A stretch of 64,000 nucleotides of DNA, from the NCBI GenBank assembly GCA_051294375.1, contig CM119270.1:8932769-8996768 (forward strand). Direction: 5' to 3'. The translations under genes were made by a program, and so were the position numbers. Numbering within the stretch: position 1 is the first letter of the stretch; each line of letters begins with the position of its first letter. Below, piece after piece: positions 63,608 through 64,000 of this stretch. The DNA is from Paraspadella gotoi (taxonomy: Eukaryota; Animalia; Chaetognatha). The notes beneath the pieces were generated by a model. That model was not told where the DNA came from. It did not search any database and saw only the letters and a list, made by a program, of their open reading frames with translations.

Positions 63608-64000
63608 NNNNNNNNNNNNNNNNNNNNNNNNNAGAAAGGGTACAGATAATCTAGACTTATTGACATGATAACTATGACCTTTTATATCTTGGGAAATGGG
63701 GGCAGTAAAAAAATCTAAAAAATTTTATCATTAAGTCAGTCAATGAACCTTTTCCAATGGGCTATTACGAGAAATATTTTTTCTTAATTAAAATGGATGA
63801 TAAATAATAGAATTAAATACCTTGCTATATTTAAAAAAAAATTATCAATACAATTTAACACAATGATGTTTTGCTTTATAATTTTTTACAACTTTATTAT
63901 GATAAACAAGCAGTATGTCAAGCTTTTAGTTTGCAGTTAAAGATAAAGAAAAATAACGATTTTTTTTTTCACAGACAAGAAGGTAAATGTCCAGACTGTT
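63608..64000. other. Assembly gap (25 N) followed by a near-exact duplicate of 63101-63466
   Basis: 63633-64000 repeats the sequence starting AGAAAGGGTACAGATAATCT at 63101 with only small indels. Confidence 0.92.

Noticed and set aside
63101-64000. Apparent tandem duplication
   Set aside because: The copies flank an N-gap and are nearly identical, typical of unmerged contig overlap or haplotype redundancy.

Overview
AT-rich, intron-containing animal (invertebrate-type) genomic DNA with many (AG)n microsatellites and small non-autonomous repeats. Hand-splicing with phase-consistent GT/GC-AG junctions gives six protein-coding genes. (1) A 5'-truncated MACPF (perforin-like) gene with four PAN/apple-like Cys repeats (+, 77-8648). 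(2) A complete SLC45-family transporter (+, 2508-4745) lying entirely inside a 6.2-kb intron of that MACPF gene on the same strand. (3) A DYRK/HIPK-related CMGC kinase (+, at least 14979-34969, about 2100 aa) with an atypical activation loop, a very long disordered tail and a C-terminal membrane anchor. (4) A TP53I11/PIG11 homologue (+, 38343-50971). (5) An EGF-CFC (Cripto/Cryptic/Oep-family) gene (+, 54279-58177) lacking the Nodal-critical Thr. (6) A probably mitochondrial rhodanese-fold protein with Ser in place of the catalytic Cys (-, 61157-59763). Most ORFs in the supplied track are microsatellite, antisense or intronic artefacts. The last ~370 bp duplicate sequence on the other side of an N-gap. 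All gene models are manual and have no transcript support; homologies are from motif recognition, not database searches.
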